Shown here: positions 18,409-27,061 of the stretch, one piece after another
Position numbering within the stretch: the first letter of the stretch is position 1
Layout of the letters: the number at the start of each line of letters is the position of its first letter
Source of the DNA: Candidatus Bipolaricaulota bacterium
GTDB lineage: Bacteria > Bipolaricaulota > Bipolaricaulia > RBG-16-55-9 > DRXL01
Length of the DNA: 38,190 bases
Direction of reading: 5' to 3'
NCBI GenBank assembly: GCA_026414955.1
Contig: JAOAIA010000003.1
Location: 1 to 38,190, forward strand
Notes under the pieces: generated by a model
Database searches by the model: none
The model's input: only the letters and a program-made list of their open reading frames with translations
Told to the model about the DNA's origin: nothing
Made by a program: the position numbers and the translations under genes

Positions 18409-18948
18409 TCATGTGAGAACGATCAACGTGAAAAGAACGAGCCATACGACAGTGAGAAAGTGCCAATATGTCACAAAGAGCTGAAATCGCTCACGGGTGC
18501 GCACTGCTCCGGCGGCGACGACCAGCCCGCCCAATAAGTGCAGTCCGTGTACCGCAGTCAAGAGATAGAAGAAGCTGCTCGACGGATTTGTGTCGAGAAA
18601 ATAGCCGAGCTTCTGCAGCACGAACCACGCCCAGACTTGTCCGAGCAAGAAGAGCGCGCTGAGCACCGCTCCGGCGATAAAGCCCAGCCGTGCGCTTTGA
18701 GTGTGGCTCTGGCGCTCACCGAGGCGCGCCCACTGGAGCGCCGCGCTGCTTAAGAGCAAGATCGCCGTGTTAACCCAGAGCAATCCCGGCTTGGGCAGCG
18801 AGTGCCAATCCGATGATCCCATGCGCACAATATATGCGCTTATCAGCGCCGCGAAGACCATCGTCGCTACAGCGAGAAAGAGCCACAGCCCCACGCGCCC
18901 CGGCGTGACGAGGAACTCTCTGCGGCCGTTTGAGCTATGGGCAGCCAT
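18409..18948 (-). CDS. Second subunit III-like protein (CoxO-like)
   Basis: GLWLFLAV, NTAILLLSS, FFYLLTAVHGLHLLGG, YWHFL. Confidence 0.9.
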   Translation of the reverse strand: MAAHSSNGRREFLVTPGRVGLWLFLAVATMVFAALISAYIVRMGSSDWHSLPKPGLLWVNTAILLLSSAALQWARLGERQSHTQSARLGFIAGAVLSALFLLGQVWAWFVLQKLGYFLDTNPSSSFFYLLTAVHGLHLLGGLVVAAGAVRTRERFQLFVTYWHFLTVVWLVLFTLIVLT

Positions 18949-18952
18949 AGAG

Positions 18953-20680
18953 CTATCTCACCGTGCTCCCCGCGCCCACGGGGACAGTCGGCGTTGTTGG
19001 AACATTCTGCGGGATGAAATCGCGCTCCGCTCCGGGGACGCTGTAGTCATACGCCCAGCGATAGACTGTCGGCGTCTCTGCGCCCCAGTTGCCGTGCGGG
19101 GGCGGCGTCGTCGGCGTCTGCCATTCGAGCGTTGTGGCTTGCCACGGGTTGGGTGCGGCGCGCCTGCCGCGCACCGCGCTCCCGATCAGATTCGCGAGAA
19201 AGATCAATTGAACTGCCCCAACGATCAGCGCCGCTATCGTGATGATTGTGTTCAGCCCTGATGTCTGCGGGGGCAGATATTGCAGCACAGTGAAGTCGAA
19301 ATATCTTCGTGGCACGCCTAAAATCCCCAGCAAGAACATGGGGAAGAAGATCATATATGCGCCCACAAACGTCACCCAGAAGTGCAGCTTGCCCAGCGTC
19401 TCGTTGAACATTCTGCCGGTCACTTTGGGGAACCAGTGATAGATTCCCCCGAAGATCGCCATCAGGGCTGCTACGCCCATCACTAAGTGAAAGTGCCCGA
19501 CAACAAAGTACGTGTCGTGCAGCGGGACGTCGGCAATGACGTTGCCCAAGGGCAAGCCCGTCAGCCCCCCAATGATAAACGTGCTGATCCAGCCGATGCC
19601 AAAGAGCATCGGGGTATTGAACCGAATATTCCCGCGCCAGAGCGTCAGCAGCCAGTTATAGACCTTCACTGCCGAGGGAATAGCGATGACCACGGTCGCT
19701 GCAGCAAACCAGAACCCAAAATACGGGTTCATGCCGCTCACGAACATATGGTGTGCCCAGACGAGAAAACCGATGATCGCGATCGCTGCCATGGCGATGA
19801 CCATCGCTTTATAGCCGAAGATTGGCTTGCGCGAGTGGGTCGCGATCAGATCCGAGGCAATGCCCATCGCGGGGAGGATGACGACGTAGACTTCGGGGTG
19901 GCCAAAGTACCAAAAGAGATGTTGGAAGAGCAAGGGGTTGCCGCCCTCGCGGGGGAGCTGTTGCCCAAAGAGCGTCACCGTGGGGATGAAGAAGCTGGTG
20001 CCCAAGAGATTATCTAACAAGAGCATGACGCCACCGACGAAGAGCGCCGGAAACGCGAGCAGCGCTATAATGGAAGCGATAAAAATCCCCCAGACTGACA
20101 GGGGCATACGCATCAAGGTCATGCCCTGGGTGCGGCACTGCAAGACGGTCGTCACATAATTCAAGCCGCCCATCGTTGCGGCAGCGATGAAGATCACGAG
20201 CGAGACGAGCATCAGTTTAATACCCCAGCCCGACCCCGGCGCGGCGTTGGGCAGAGCCGACAATGGAGGATAGAGCGTCCAGCCCGCGCCCGTCGGCCCG
20301 CCCGGCACCACGAACGCTGCCATGAGCACGATCACCGAGAGCAGATAGACCCAGTAGCTGAGCATATTCAGGAACGGGAAGGCCATGTCCCGTGCTCCAA
20401 TCATTAAGGGGATGAGATAGTTCCCAAAGCCCCCCAGCAAGATCGCCGTCAAGAGATAGACGATCATGATCATGCCGTGTTGGGTCAGCATCTGATAGTA
20501 CGAGCTGGGGTTGAGAAACTGAAACTCTCCGGGGAAGCCCAACTGCAGGCGCATCAACCACGAGAGCACCAGCCCAAATATCCCCACGAGCAGCGCCGTG
20601 ATCGTATACTGAATAGCTATGACTTTGTGGTCTTGGCTGAAGATATATTTCGTCCAGAAGCTTTCGTGATGGCCGTGCAT
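18953..20680 (-). CDS. ctaD: Heme-copper (cytochrome c) oxidase subunit I, type A1
   Basis: SQDHK (D-channel Asp), QHG, GWTLYPPLS, WYFGHPEVY, VWAHHM, K-channel Lys in PSAVK, HDTYFVVGHFH, PRRY. Confidence 0.97.
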   Translation of the reverse strand: MHGHHESFWTKYIFSQDHKVIAIQYTITALLVGIFGLVLSWLMRLQLGFPGEFQFLNPSSYYQMLTQHGMIMIVYLLTAILLGGFGNYLIPLMIGARDMAFPFLNMLSYWVYLLSVIVLMAAFVVPGGPTGAGWTLYPPLSALPNAAPGSGWGIKLMLVSLVIFIAAATMGGLNYVTTVLQCRTQGMTLMRMPLSVWGIFIASIIALLAFPALFVGGVMLLLDNLLGTSFFIPTVTLFGQQLPREGGNPLLFQHLFWYFGHPEVYVVILPAMGIASDLIATHSRKPIFGYKAMVIAMAAIAIIGFLVWAHHMFVSGMNPYFGFWFAAATVVIAIPSAVKVYNWLLTLWRGNIRFNTPMLFGIGWISTFIIGGLTGLPLGNVIADVPLHDTYFVVGHFHLVMGVAALMAIFGGIYHWFPKVTGRMFNETLGKLHFWVTFVGAYMIFFPMFLLGILGVPRRYFDFTVLQYLPPQTSGLNTIITIAALIVGAVQLIFLANLIGSAVRGRRAAPNPWQATTLEWQTPTTPPPHGNWGAETPTVYRWAYDYSVPGAERDFIPQNVPTTPTVPVGAGSTVR

Positions 20681-20692
20681 AGCTGTTCACTC

Positions 20693-21493
20693 CTAGGGTT
20701 TGACCGTAGCAGCGACGGTGGGCTGCTTGGCCAGCCACTCTTGGAATTTTTCCGTGCTTTCGACGATGACCGGGCTTTGCATTCTGTGATGGCCGATGCC
20801 GCACAGTTCGGCGCAGACGGCTTGGAATCTGCCCTCGACTGTTGGGATGAACCAATAGTGAGTGACCATGCCGGGGACGGCGTCCATCTTGGCGCGAAAG
20901 TATGGGATGAAGAAGCTGTGCAGCACGTCTTTGGCGCGTATGTGCAGCAAAACAGAGCGATTGACGGGCAAGTGCAGCTCGGTGTACGAGAGAATGTCGT
21001 CGTGGGCGGCGGGGTCGGTCAAGTCAACCCCGAAGAGATTCTTGGGGCTGATGAGCTTGGGATTGGCTCGCCCAAGTTTTCCATCGGGGCCAGGGTAGCG
21101 ATACATCCAGCGCCACTGCTCTCCTAAGACCTCGACGATCATCGCGTCGCGCGGCGGGCTGATGAAGCGCGAGTACGCAAATAGCCCCGGCGCGAGCAAG
21201 ATAATAATTCCCAACGCCGTGACTCCGATGAGTATCTTCTCGATCTTGGGGTTATCGGGGATGAACTGAGCGCGGCTCTGCTCGCGTGCGCGGTAGCGCA
21301 GCACGAGATAGGCTAAGACGAGATTGAGCACGACAAACGCGATCCCGATGACAGCGAGCGTGATGAGCAGTGCTCCGTCTATCTCGTGCCAATTGGACGC
21401 GAGCGGCGTGAACCACCAGATGCCGCTCGCGGTGAGGATCAACGCTCCTAAGACTAGGCAGACCAAAATCGCAGACGTCAGTGCAGCGTGCAT
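20693..21493 (-). CDS. ctaC: Cytochrome c oxidase subunit II (CuA)
   Basis: QWRWMYRY, DVLHSF, KMDAVPG, CAELCGIGHHRM CuA motif; no fused cytochrome c domain. Confidence 0.96.
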   Translation of the reverse strand: MHAALTSAILVCLVLGALILTASGIWWFTPLASNWHEIDGALLITLAVIGIAFVVLNLVLAYLVLRYRAREQSRAQFIPDNPKIEKILIGVTALGIIILLAPGLFAYSRFISPPRDAMIVEVLGEQWRWMYRYPGPDGKLGRANPKLISPKNLFGVDLTDPAAHDDILSYTELHLPVNRSVLLHIRAKDVLHSFFIPYFRAKMDAVPGMVTHYWFIPTVEGRFQAVCAELCGIGHHRMQSPVIVESTEKFQEWLAKQPTVAATVKP

Positions 21494-21558
21494 GTGCGTA
21501 TCCCCCAGCTCATAGTGGTGATAGAACTCATAATCCTGACTGATCTGTGACAGGTGAG

Positions 21559-21587
21559 ATTATAGCTGTTATCACGTTCGCCTGCAA
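21559..21587 (-). promoter_or_regulatory. Sigma70-type promoter of the oxidase operon
   Basis: TTGCAG (21587-21582) - 17 nt - TATAAT (21564-21559). Confidence 0.7.
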
Positions 21588-21679
21588 GGCGCAGGAGCCA
21601 AAGTTAGGGATAAGGTAGGAGAAGTCTAGAGATTCTGCACTGTACGGCTAGGATCGCTGGCAATGCTGAGCGCTGAGCG

Positions 21680-21976
21680 CTACTTCACTTCTGAACCCCG
21701 GCGGCCAGGGGTAGTCAGGGGGGCAGCTGAATCATGTACTACAACGGCATATTGTGTGTGTTCGATGAAGAAGATACGCCCCATCAAGCGTGGTTCAAAA
21801 AGGGCATTCAATATGACTCCAGCGTGCTGGTTCCCGCGCACCGTACTATGGTCCAGAGAGACCATGCTCGCATCAAACCCCCAGATGCCGATGAAGTTTT
21901 CCTCAAGTGCTGACCGAATGATGAAACCCTGAGCATCCGACAGTACCAGTTTATCCTTGGCTTCCTCGCGCTGCAC
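21680..21976 (-). pseudogene. Probable remnant of a parallel beta-helix repeat protein
   Basis: Repeats such as LEENFIGIWGFDASMVSLDHSTVRGNQHAGVIL resemble PbH1 turns; too short for a full domain, with degenerate ends. Confidence 0.4.
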
Positions 21977-22182
21977 CCTCTCCCCCTGCTTGCTCTAGGG
22001 TGATTCTGAGGAGGAACGAGCGACTCTCTAGGCTCTCACCCCCCATGTACCATAAACAGAGAGAAAAGTCAAGAGGTCTGCGAGAAAATCGCGTGCAGAT
22101 CAGAAGTTGGGGTTAAGTGCTCATGAAACTACCCCTCGCAAGTCTCTTCGCTCTGTGTTACAATAATCCTCGGGTGATCATC

Positions 22183-22470
22183 GTGTCCGCAGCCAAAGAT
22201 CGTCAGATACTTCAGGTGCTCGATGCGCTCGGCGCGCCCAACCACAGCGATCTCGCAACGCGTACCGAGCGATTATTGAAGACGCTCGGTGTCTGGGAGG
22301 TCGCGCACCGGATACGCGCTGTGCTTACAGAGCATCCCAACGAAGCCCAAGCGTTCCTTCAGTATCTAGGGCACACACACCCCGCGGCTGCCGATAGAAT
22401 CCAGATATTGTTGACAGCCACAAAAGGCGAAGACAAAGAACTCCTCAAGCGCGAGTTCGGCGGAGATTAA
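22183..22470 (+). CDS. Small helical hypothetical protein (about 95 aa)
   Basis: GTG 22183 with RBS GGGTGA and extended -10 TGtTACAAT at 22156-22164; co-oriented with the next gene. Confidence 0.65.
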   Translation: MSAAKDRQILQVLDALGAPNHSDLATRTERLLKTLGVWEVAHRIRAVLTEHPNEAQAFLQYLGHTHPAAADRIQILLTATKGEDKELLKREFGGD

Positions 22471-22497
22471 CACAACAAAACTCAGCAGGAGGTTGCC

Positions 22498-23172
22498 ATG
22501 AAGATCACATTTATCGGTCATGCCGCCATCGAGATCAAGACCGACAAGCATTCGATACTGATAGACCCGTTCATCACCGGTAACCCCGTCGCCCAGCACA
22601 AGCCCGAAGATTTTCAGCCCGACGCGATCCTGCTCACTCACGGCCACGCTGATCACTTGGGCGATGCCGTCCCCATCAGCCAGCGCACCGGCGCCCCGAT
22701 CATCGCGATCTTCGAGCTGGCGACGTACTGTCAGTCCCAAGGCGCCAAAGCCGTGGGGATGAACATCGGCGGGCCAAGCCGCTTCGAGTTCGGCACGGTG
22801 CAGTTCACCCCGGCATTTCATAGCTCCAGCCATGACGGACATTACCTGGGCGAACCCTGTGGGATAGTCTTCACGACCCTAGAGAACAAAAAAATCTATC
22901 ACGCGGGCGACACCGCGCTCTTTGGCGACATGGCCTTGATCGGGAAGCTCGGACTGGATGTGGCTCTCTTGCCCATCGGCAGTTATTACACGATGGACCC
23001 CGAGGCAGCTCTCGAAGCCGTCCAGTTGCTCAAACCCAGGATCGTCATCCCCATTCACTATAACACCCTGCCGGCGATCCACCAGGACCCTGGACAGTTC
23101 AAGGCAAAAGTCGAGGCGCAGACCAAAACACACGTCATCATCTTGCGTCCCGGCGAACACTGCACGATTTAA
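22498..23172 (+). CDS. Metal-dependent hydrolase, metallo-beta-lactamase fold (UPF0173-like)
   Basis: ITFIGHA, IDPF, THGHADH, AFHSSS, YHAGDT, LPIG, IPIHY; RBS AGGAGG. Confidence 0.93.
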   Translation: MKITFIGHAAIEIKTDKHSILIDPFITGNPVAQHKPEDFQPDAILLTHGHADHLGDAVPISQRTGAPIIAIFELATYCQSQGAKAVGMNIGGPSRFEFGTVQFTPAFHSSSHDGHYLGEPCGIVFTTLENKKIYHAGDTALFGDMALIGKLGLDVALLPIGSYYTMDPEAALEAVQLLKPRIVIPIHYNTLPAIHQDPGQFKAKVEAQTKTHVIILRPGEHCTI

Positions 23173-23217
23173 CGGGAAGAGCCTACTGTTATTGAAAAAC
23201 TGTGACGGCTGTCGCCC

Positions 23218-23315
23218 TTGACAGGGTGCCGCAGTTGCCCCATAATGCAAGGAGCGACATGGGCGCCGGAGTGTAGCGCGCATCACGTTGCAACACGCCG
23301 CCAGTGCCCTATAAT
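23218..23315 (+). promoter_or_regulatory. Tandem sigma70-type promoters upstream of nrdJ
   Basis: P1 TTGACA(23218)-17-CATAAT(23241); P2 TTGCAA(23288)-16-TATAAT(23310). Confidence 0.7.
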
Positions 23316-23446
23316 CTATACCAGAAGGGACTTCTCGATTCCATCGGCCTCACTTCGTGTGTGACCGAGTCTGGCATGGTGTTGTTCGGAGTGCGCGCGA
23401 GCGATCAGCGAGTGTCGAGACCAAAGACGAGAAGGGGGAAATACTC

Positions 23447-26400
23447 ATGGCTCAGAAGGCTCACACCACCAAGGCTGCCCCGACTGCCAACGAGACTGTC
23501 GAATTCTTCGGGGGCGATGAGCTGCGGATTCGCTGTTTCTTGGACAAGTATGCCCTACGAGATTTGTCGGGCAATATTATAGAAAAAACTCCGCTGGAGA
23601 TGTGGGAGCGGGTGGCGCGCGAGATCGCGTCTGTGGAGATAGACGCGAAGCGGCGCCGCGAGTGGGAGAAGAAGTTCTATTGGCTCTTGGAAGACTTTCG
23701 CTTCATCCCCGGCGGGCGCATTATGTTTGGGGCGGGCCAGCCCCGACGCGCCACGCTGCTCAACTGCTTCCCCGCAGGCACGCAGGTCTGGACGCGCCAA
23801 GGCCCTAAGCCCATCGAGCAGATCGAAGTCGGCGAAGAGGTCCTCACCCATCGCAATCGCTTCCGGCCCGTCACCCACACGATGAGCCGCGAGATCGCAG
23901 AACCCTTGCGCTCTCTTAAGCTGTGGTATCTGGGCGATCAGACGATCTACGCCACGAAAGATCATCGCTTTCTTGCGTTTGATGGTACGAAGGTTGACTG
24001 GGTCACGGCCCAAGAGCTGACGCCCTCGCACTACGTGCGCGTGGGGCGCATCGGCTCATCTGAAAACGAAGCCCCGCGCGAACTGGATCTGGCCGACTAC
24101 GTAGAGGAGAACTTGCTCGAGGAGGACGAGAGCGTCTACACCGCGACGGCGTACGTCGGCGGCAACGGAGCTGTAGCGGTTAAAGAGAGCAAGCGCGTCC
24201 GTCGGAAGATCGCAGTAGACGAGCGCTTAGGCTTATGGTTGGGTTTTTTTGTAGCCGAGGGCGGGATCACAGATCACAGCGTGTACTTCACTTTGAGCAA
24301 AGACGAGCGCTCGTATGCCGAAGCGATCTGTGAGCTGACGCGGCAGCTCTTCGGGGTAGAAGCTACGATTCAAGAACGCACGGATCAGCCGGGGCATTGG
24401 TTGCGCGTCTATGCCCACAGCCGGATCCTAGCAGATTTTGTGCGCTCGTTCTTCTGCGGGGCCGTGCGAGCGCATGAGAAGGAGCTGCCCGCGTGGTTCT
24501 TGACCGCACCGCCTGTTGTGCAGAAGGCGTTCATCGCCGGTCTCTTCTTAGGCGATGGCGTGGTGAGGGATGACTTTGTGAAACTCTTCCTGGCCAATCC
24601 CTCGTTGGTACGCCAGGTCTTCTGTATCTTGTTGCGCTTGGGTATTGTTGCCTCGCTGCGCTGGGAGGGGATTCTGAAGTACACTCGCCATCGCGGCATG
24701 TGGATTCACATTGGCACCCAGCGCTATGTCGAGGCCCTCAAGGCGTGGCTGGAGGGGGACTGGGACTACGAGTCTTCATTCGCGGAAGCCCCGCAAAACT
24801 ATTTCTATAAAGTCATAGACGGCGAGCTCTTCGTGAAGGTCAAAGAGTGTGGCTGGACTGCCTCACAGCCCATAACTGTCTATGATCTGAGCGTCGCGGA
24901 GGATCACTCGTTCGTCGCCGAATTTGCCGTAGCGCACAATTGTTACGTCATTCCGATCAAAGAAGACTCAATAGAAGGCATCTTTGAGTGGTGCAAGGAA
25001 GCGGCGCGCACGTACTCCCTGGGCGGAGGAGTCGGCACCGATATCTCAATCTTGCGTCCGAAAGGCTCCCCCGTCAACAACGCGGCGATCTACTCGTCGG
25101 GTTCTGTGAGCTTCATGGAACTCTTCTCCACGACGACGGGGACGATCGGACAAGCAGGACGCAGAGGTGCCCTGATGATCACCATCAGAGTAGATCACCC
25201 TGACGTCTTAGATTTTATCGAAATTAAGAACGACCCGGAGCGCCGCAAAGTGCAGTATGCGAACATCAGCGTGCGCGTGACCGATGAGTTTATGCGCGCC
25301 GTCGAGCGCGACGACGAGTTCCTGCTGCGCTACGAGAGCGAACGTATCGGGCGCTTTGAAAAGAGAGTGCGCGCGCGGGAGATCTGGGAGAAGCTCGTGA
25401 GGAACGCCTGGGCCAGCGCCGAGCCGGGCGTGCTCTTCTGGGACAACGTCAAGCGCGAATCCACTACGGAATATAACGGCATGGAAGTCCACACGGTCAA
25501 CCCCTGTGCGGAGATCAGCCTTGAACCCTATGGCTGTTGCTGTTTGGGGAACGTCAATCTCTCGAAGTTTGTCTTAGAGAGCTTCACCGACCGCGCTCGC
25601 GTAGATTGGGCCAACTTGGAGAAAGCGCTCCGCTACGCGACCCGCTTCTTGGACAACGTCTTGGAGTACAACGCCGACCGACACCCCCTACCGGCCCAGA
25701 AGACCGCGAGCCTACATTCGCGCCGGATCGGAGTCGGCTTCACGGGCTTTGGCGATATGTTCATCAAGCTTGGTCTTAAATATGACACCGAAGAAGCCAT
25801 CGCGTTCACGGACAAGCTCTTTGAGCGCATCAAGCATATTGTCTACGACGAGAGCACCGAGCTGGCTGTGGAGAAGGGGGTCTTCCCGGCGTTTGACTGC
25901 GAGAAGCATCTGAAGAGCGCGTTCATCCGGCGTCTGGATGCGTCTCTGATCGAGAAGATCAAGAAGAACGGGCTGCGCAACGCGGCGCTCTTGACAGTAC
26001 CTCCGGTGGGCTCAGGATCGGTACTTGCAGGCTGTACGTCCGGGATCGAGCCGATCTTCTCGTTGACGTATGTGCGCAAGTCCAAATCGCTGAGCAAAGA
26101 CGAGTTTGAAGTGAGCCACCCGTTGGTGCAAGAGTATATGAAGACTCACGGGCTTAAGAATCTCAAAGAGCTGCCGAAGGTCTTCGTCACCGCGCACGAG
26201 ATCGAGCCGCGGATGCGGGTCCGAATGCAGGCGACGATCCAAAAGCATATAGATCATGCGATCTCCAGCACGGTCAACCTTCCCAAAGAGATATCGCCGG
26301 AGACGATTGGGGATATCTACTTTGAAGCGTGGAAGGCGGGCTGCAAGGGGATCACGGTCTATCGGGAGGGCTCGCGCGAGGGCATCTTGTTGACAAAGAC

Positions 26401-26956
26401 CGAAGCGCAAGCGCAAAAAGAGAGCGAAAAACCTGCGCGCGCGACGCTTGTGCCGCGCCCGCGCCCCAAGGTCGTCAAGGGCAAGACCTACCGAATGAAG
26501 ACCGAATTGGGAACGGTCTTTATCACCGTCAACGAAGATGACGAAGGGATCTTCGAGGTCTTCGTGCAGGGGCTGGGCAAGTCCGGCACTTCGACAGCCG
26601 CGTTCACCGAAGCGATTGGGCGGCTGATCTCGCTGGCTCTGCGATCAGGGGTCAAGCCCAGCGCGATCATTGATCAGCTCAGTTTGATTCGTGGCTCGCG
26701 CCCGGTGGTGCAAGAAGACGGCACCGTGGTCTTCTCCGTGCCCGATGCGATTGCCAAAGCACTTGCAGAGTATCTCAAGGGAGGGGAGCAATTGACGCTC
26801 CTCGAAGAGGTGAAGCCGCGTCCGCCCCAGCTCACTGAAGCCAACGGGCACGACGCCAAGCGCGACGTCGAACTCTGTCCCAGTTGTGGCGGAGTCTTGA
26901 TCTTCACCAACGGCTGTTATATCTGTAGCGACTGCGGCTTCTCCGAGTGCGACTAG
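23447..26956 (+). CDS. nrdJ: Adenosylcobalamin-dependent (class II) ribonucleotide reductase, intein-containing
   Basis: FIPGGR, GGGVG, RRGALM, ANISV, EPG, NPCAE thiyl-radical motif, KGITVYREGSR (no YY dyad of class I), C-terminal TSCPD-like domain and Zn ribbon; start at ATG 23447 after RBS AAGGGGG. Confidence 0.95.
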   Translation: MAQKAHTTKAAPTANETVEFFGGDELRIRCFLDKYALRDLSGNIIEKTPLEMWERVAREIASVEIDAKRRREWEKKFYWLLEDFRFIPGGRIMFGAGQPRRATLLNCFPAGTQVWTRQGPKPIEQIEVGEEVLTHRNRFRPVTHTMSREIAEPLRSLKLWYLGDQTIYATKDHRFLAFDGTKVDWVTAQELTPSHYVRVGRIGSSENEAPRELDLADYVEENLLEEDESVYTATAYVGGNGAVAVKESKRVRRKIAVDERLGLWLGFFVAEGGITDHSVYFTLSKDERSYAEAICELTRQLFGVEATIQERTDQPGHWLRVYAHSRILADFVRSFFCGAVRAHEKELPAWFLTAPPVVQKAFIAGLFLGDGVVRDDFVKLFLANPSLVRQVFCILLRLGIVASLRWEGILKYTRHRGMWIHIGTQRYVEALKAWLEGDWDYESSFAEAPQNYFYKVIDGELFVKVKECGWTASQPITVYDLSVAEDHSFVAEFAVAHNCYVIPIKEDSIEGIFEWCKEAARTYSLGGGVGTDISILRPKGSPVNNAAIYSSGSVSFMELFSTTTGTIGQAGRRGALMITIRVDHPDVLDFIEIKNDPERRKVQYANISVRVTDEFMRAVERDDEFLLRYESERIGRFEKRVRAREIWEKLVRNAWASAEPGVLFWDNVKRESTTEYNGMEVHTVNPCAEISLEPYGCCCLGNVNLSKFVLESFTDRARVDWANLEKALRYATRFLDNVLEYNADRHPLPAQKTASLHSRRIGVGFTGFGDMFIKLGLKYDTEEAIAFTDKLFERIKHIVYDESTELAVEKGVFPAFDCEKHLKSAFIRRLDASLIEKIKKNGLRNAALLTVPPVGSGSVLAGCTSGIEPIFSLTYVRKSKSLSKDEFEVSHPLVQEYMKTHGLKNLKELPKVFVTAHEIEPRMRVRMQATIQKHIDHAISSTVNLPKEISPETIGDIYFEAWKAGCKGITVYREGSREGILLTKTEAQAQKESEKPARATLVPRPRPKVVKGKTYRMKTELGTVFITVNEDDEGIFEVFVQGLGKSGTSTAAFTEAIGRLISLALRSGVKPSAIIDQLSLIRGSRPVVQEDGTVVFSVPDAIAKALAEYLKGGEQLTLLEEVKPRPPQLTEANGHDAKRDVELCPSCGGVLIFTNGCYICSDCGFSECD
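23765..24940 (+). mobile_element. Intein with LAGLIDADG homing endonuclease (392 aa)
   Basis: N-junction LLN/CFPAGTQVWT, block B ATKDHRFL, LAGLIDADG-like LGFFVAEG and IAGLFLGDG, block F VYDLSV...HSFVA, C-junction VAHN/CYV. Confidence 0.96.
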
Positions 26957-26979
26957 ACTTCATGTGGTGCTGGTAGGGA

Positions 26980-27038
26980 GGCCCTCACCCCCGTCCCCGC
27001 TCCCCTCTGAGGGAGAGGGGAGCACAGGGGTGAGGGCC
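26980..27038. repeat. REP-like palindromic element, copy 1
   Basis: GGCCCTCACCCC...GGGGTGAGGGCC 12-bp outer inverted repeat with inner GCTCCCCTCT/AGAGGGGAGC; homologous copy at 36247-36303. Confidence 0.85.
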
Positions 27039-27061
27039 ACAAATCTTCTTCGGTAGCGATT

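Noticed and set aside
21540-21553. FNR-like site CTGAT-N4-GACAG at the oxidase promoter
   Set aside because: Too many mismatches to TTGAT-N4-ATCAA to call.
23173-23446. Cobalamin riboswitch or NrdR boxes upstream of nrdJ
   Set aside because: No recognisable B12-box and no convincing NrdR palindrome pair.
23357-23446. 30-aa N-terminal extension of NrdJ given in the ORF track
   Set aside because: ATG 23447 has a clear RBS; the extension lies in the structured leader and is not RNR-like.
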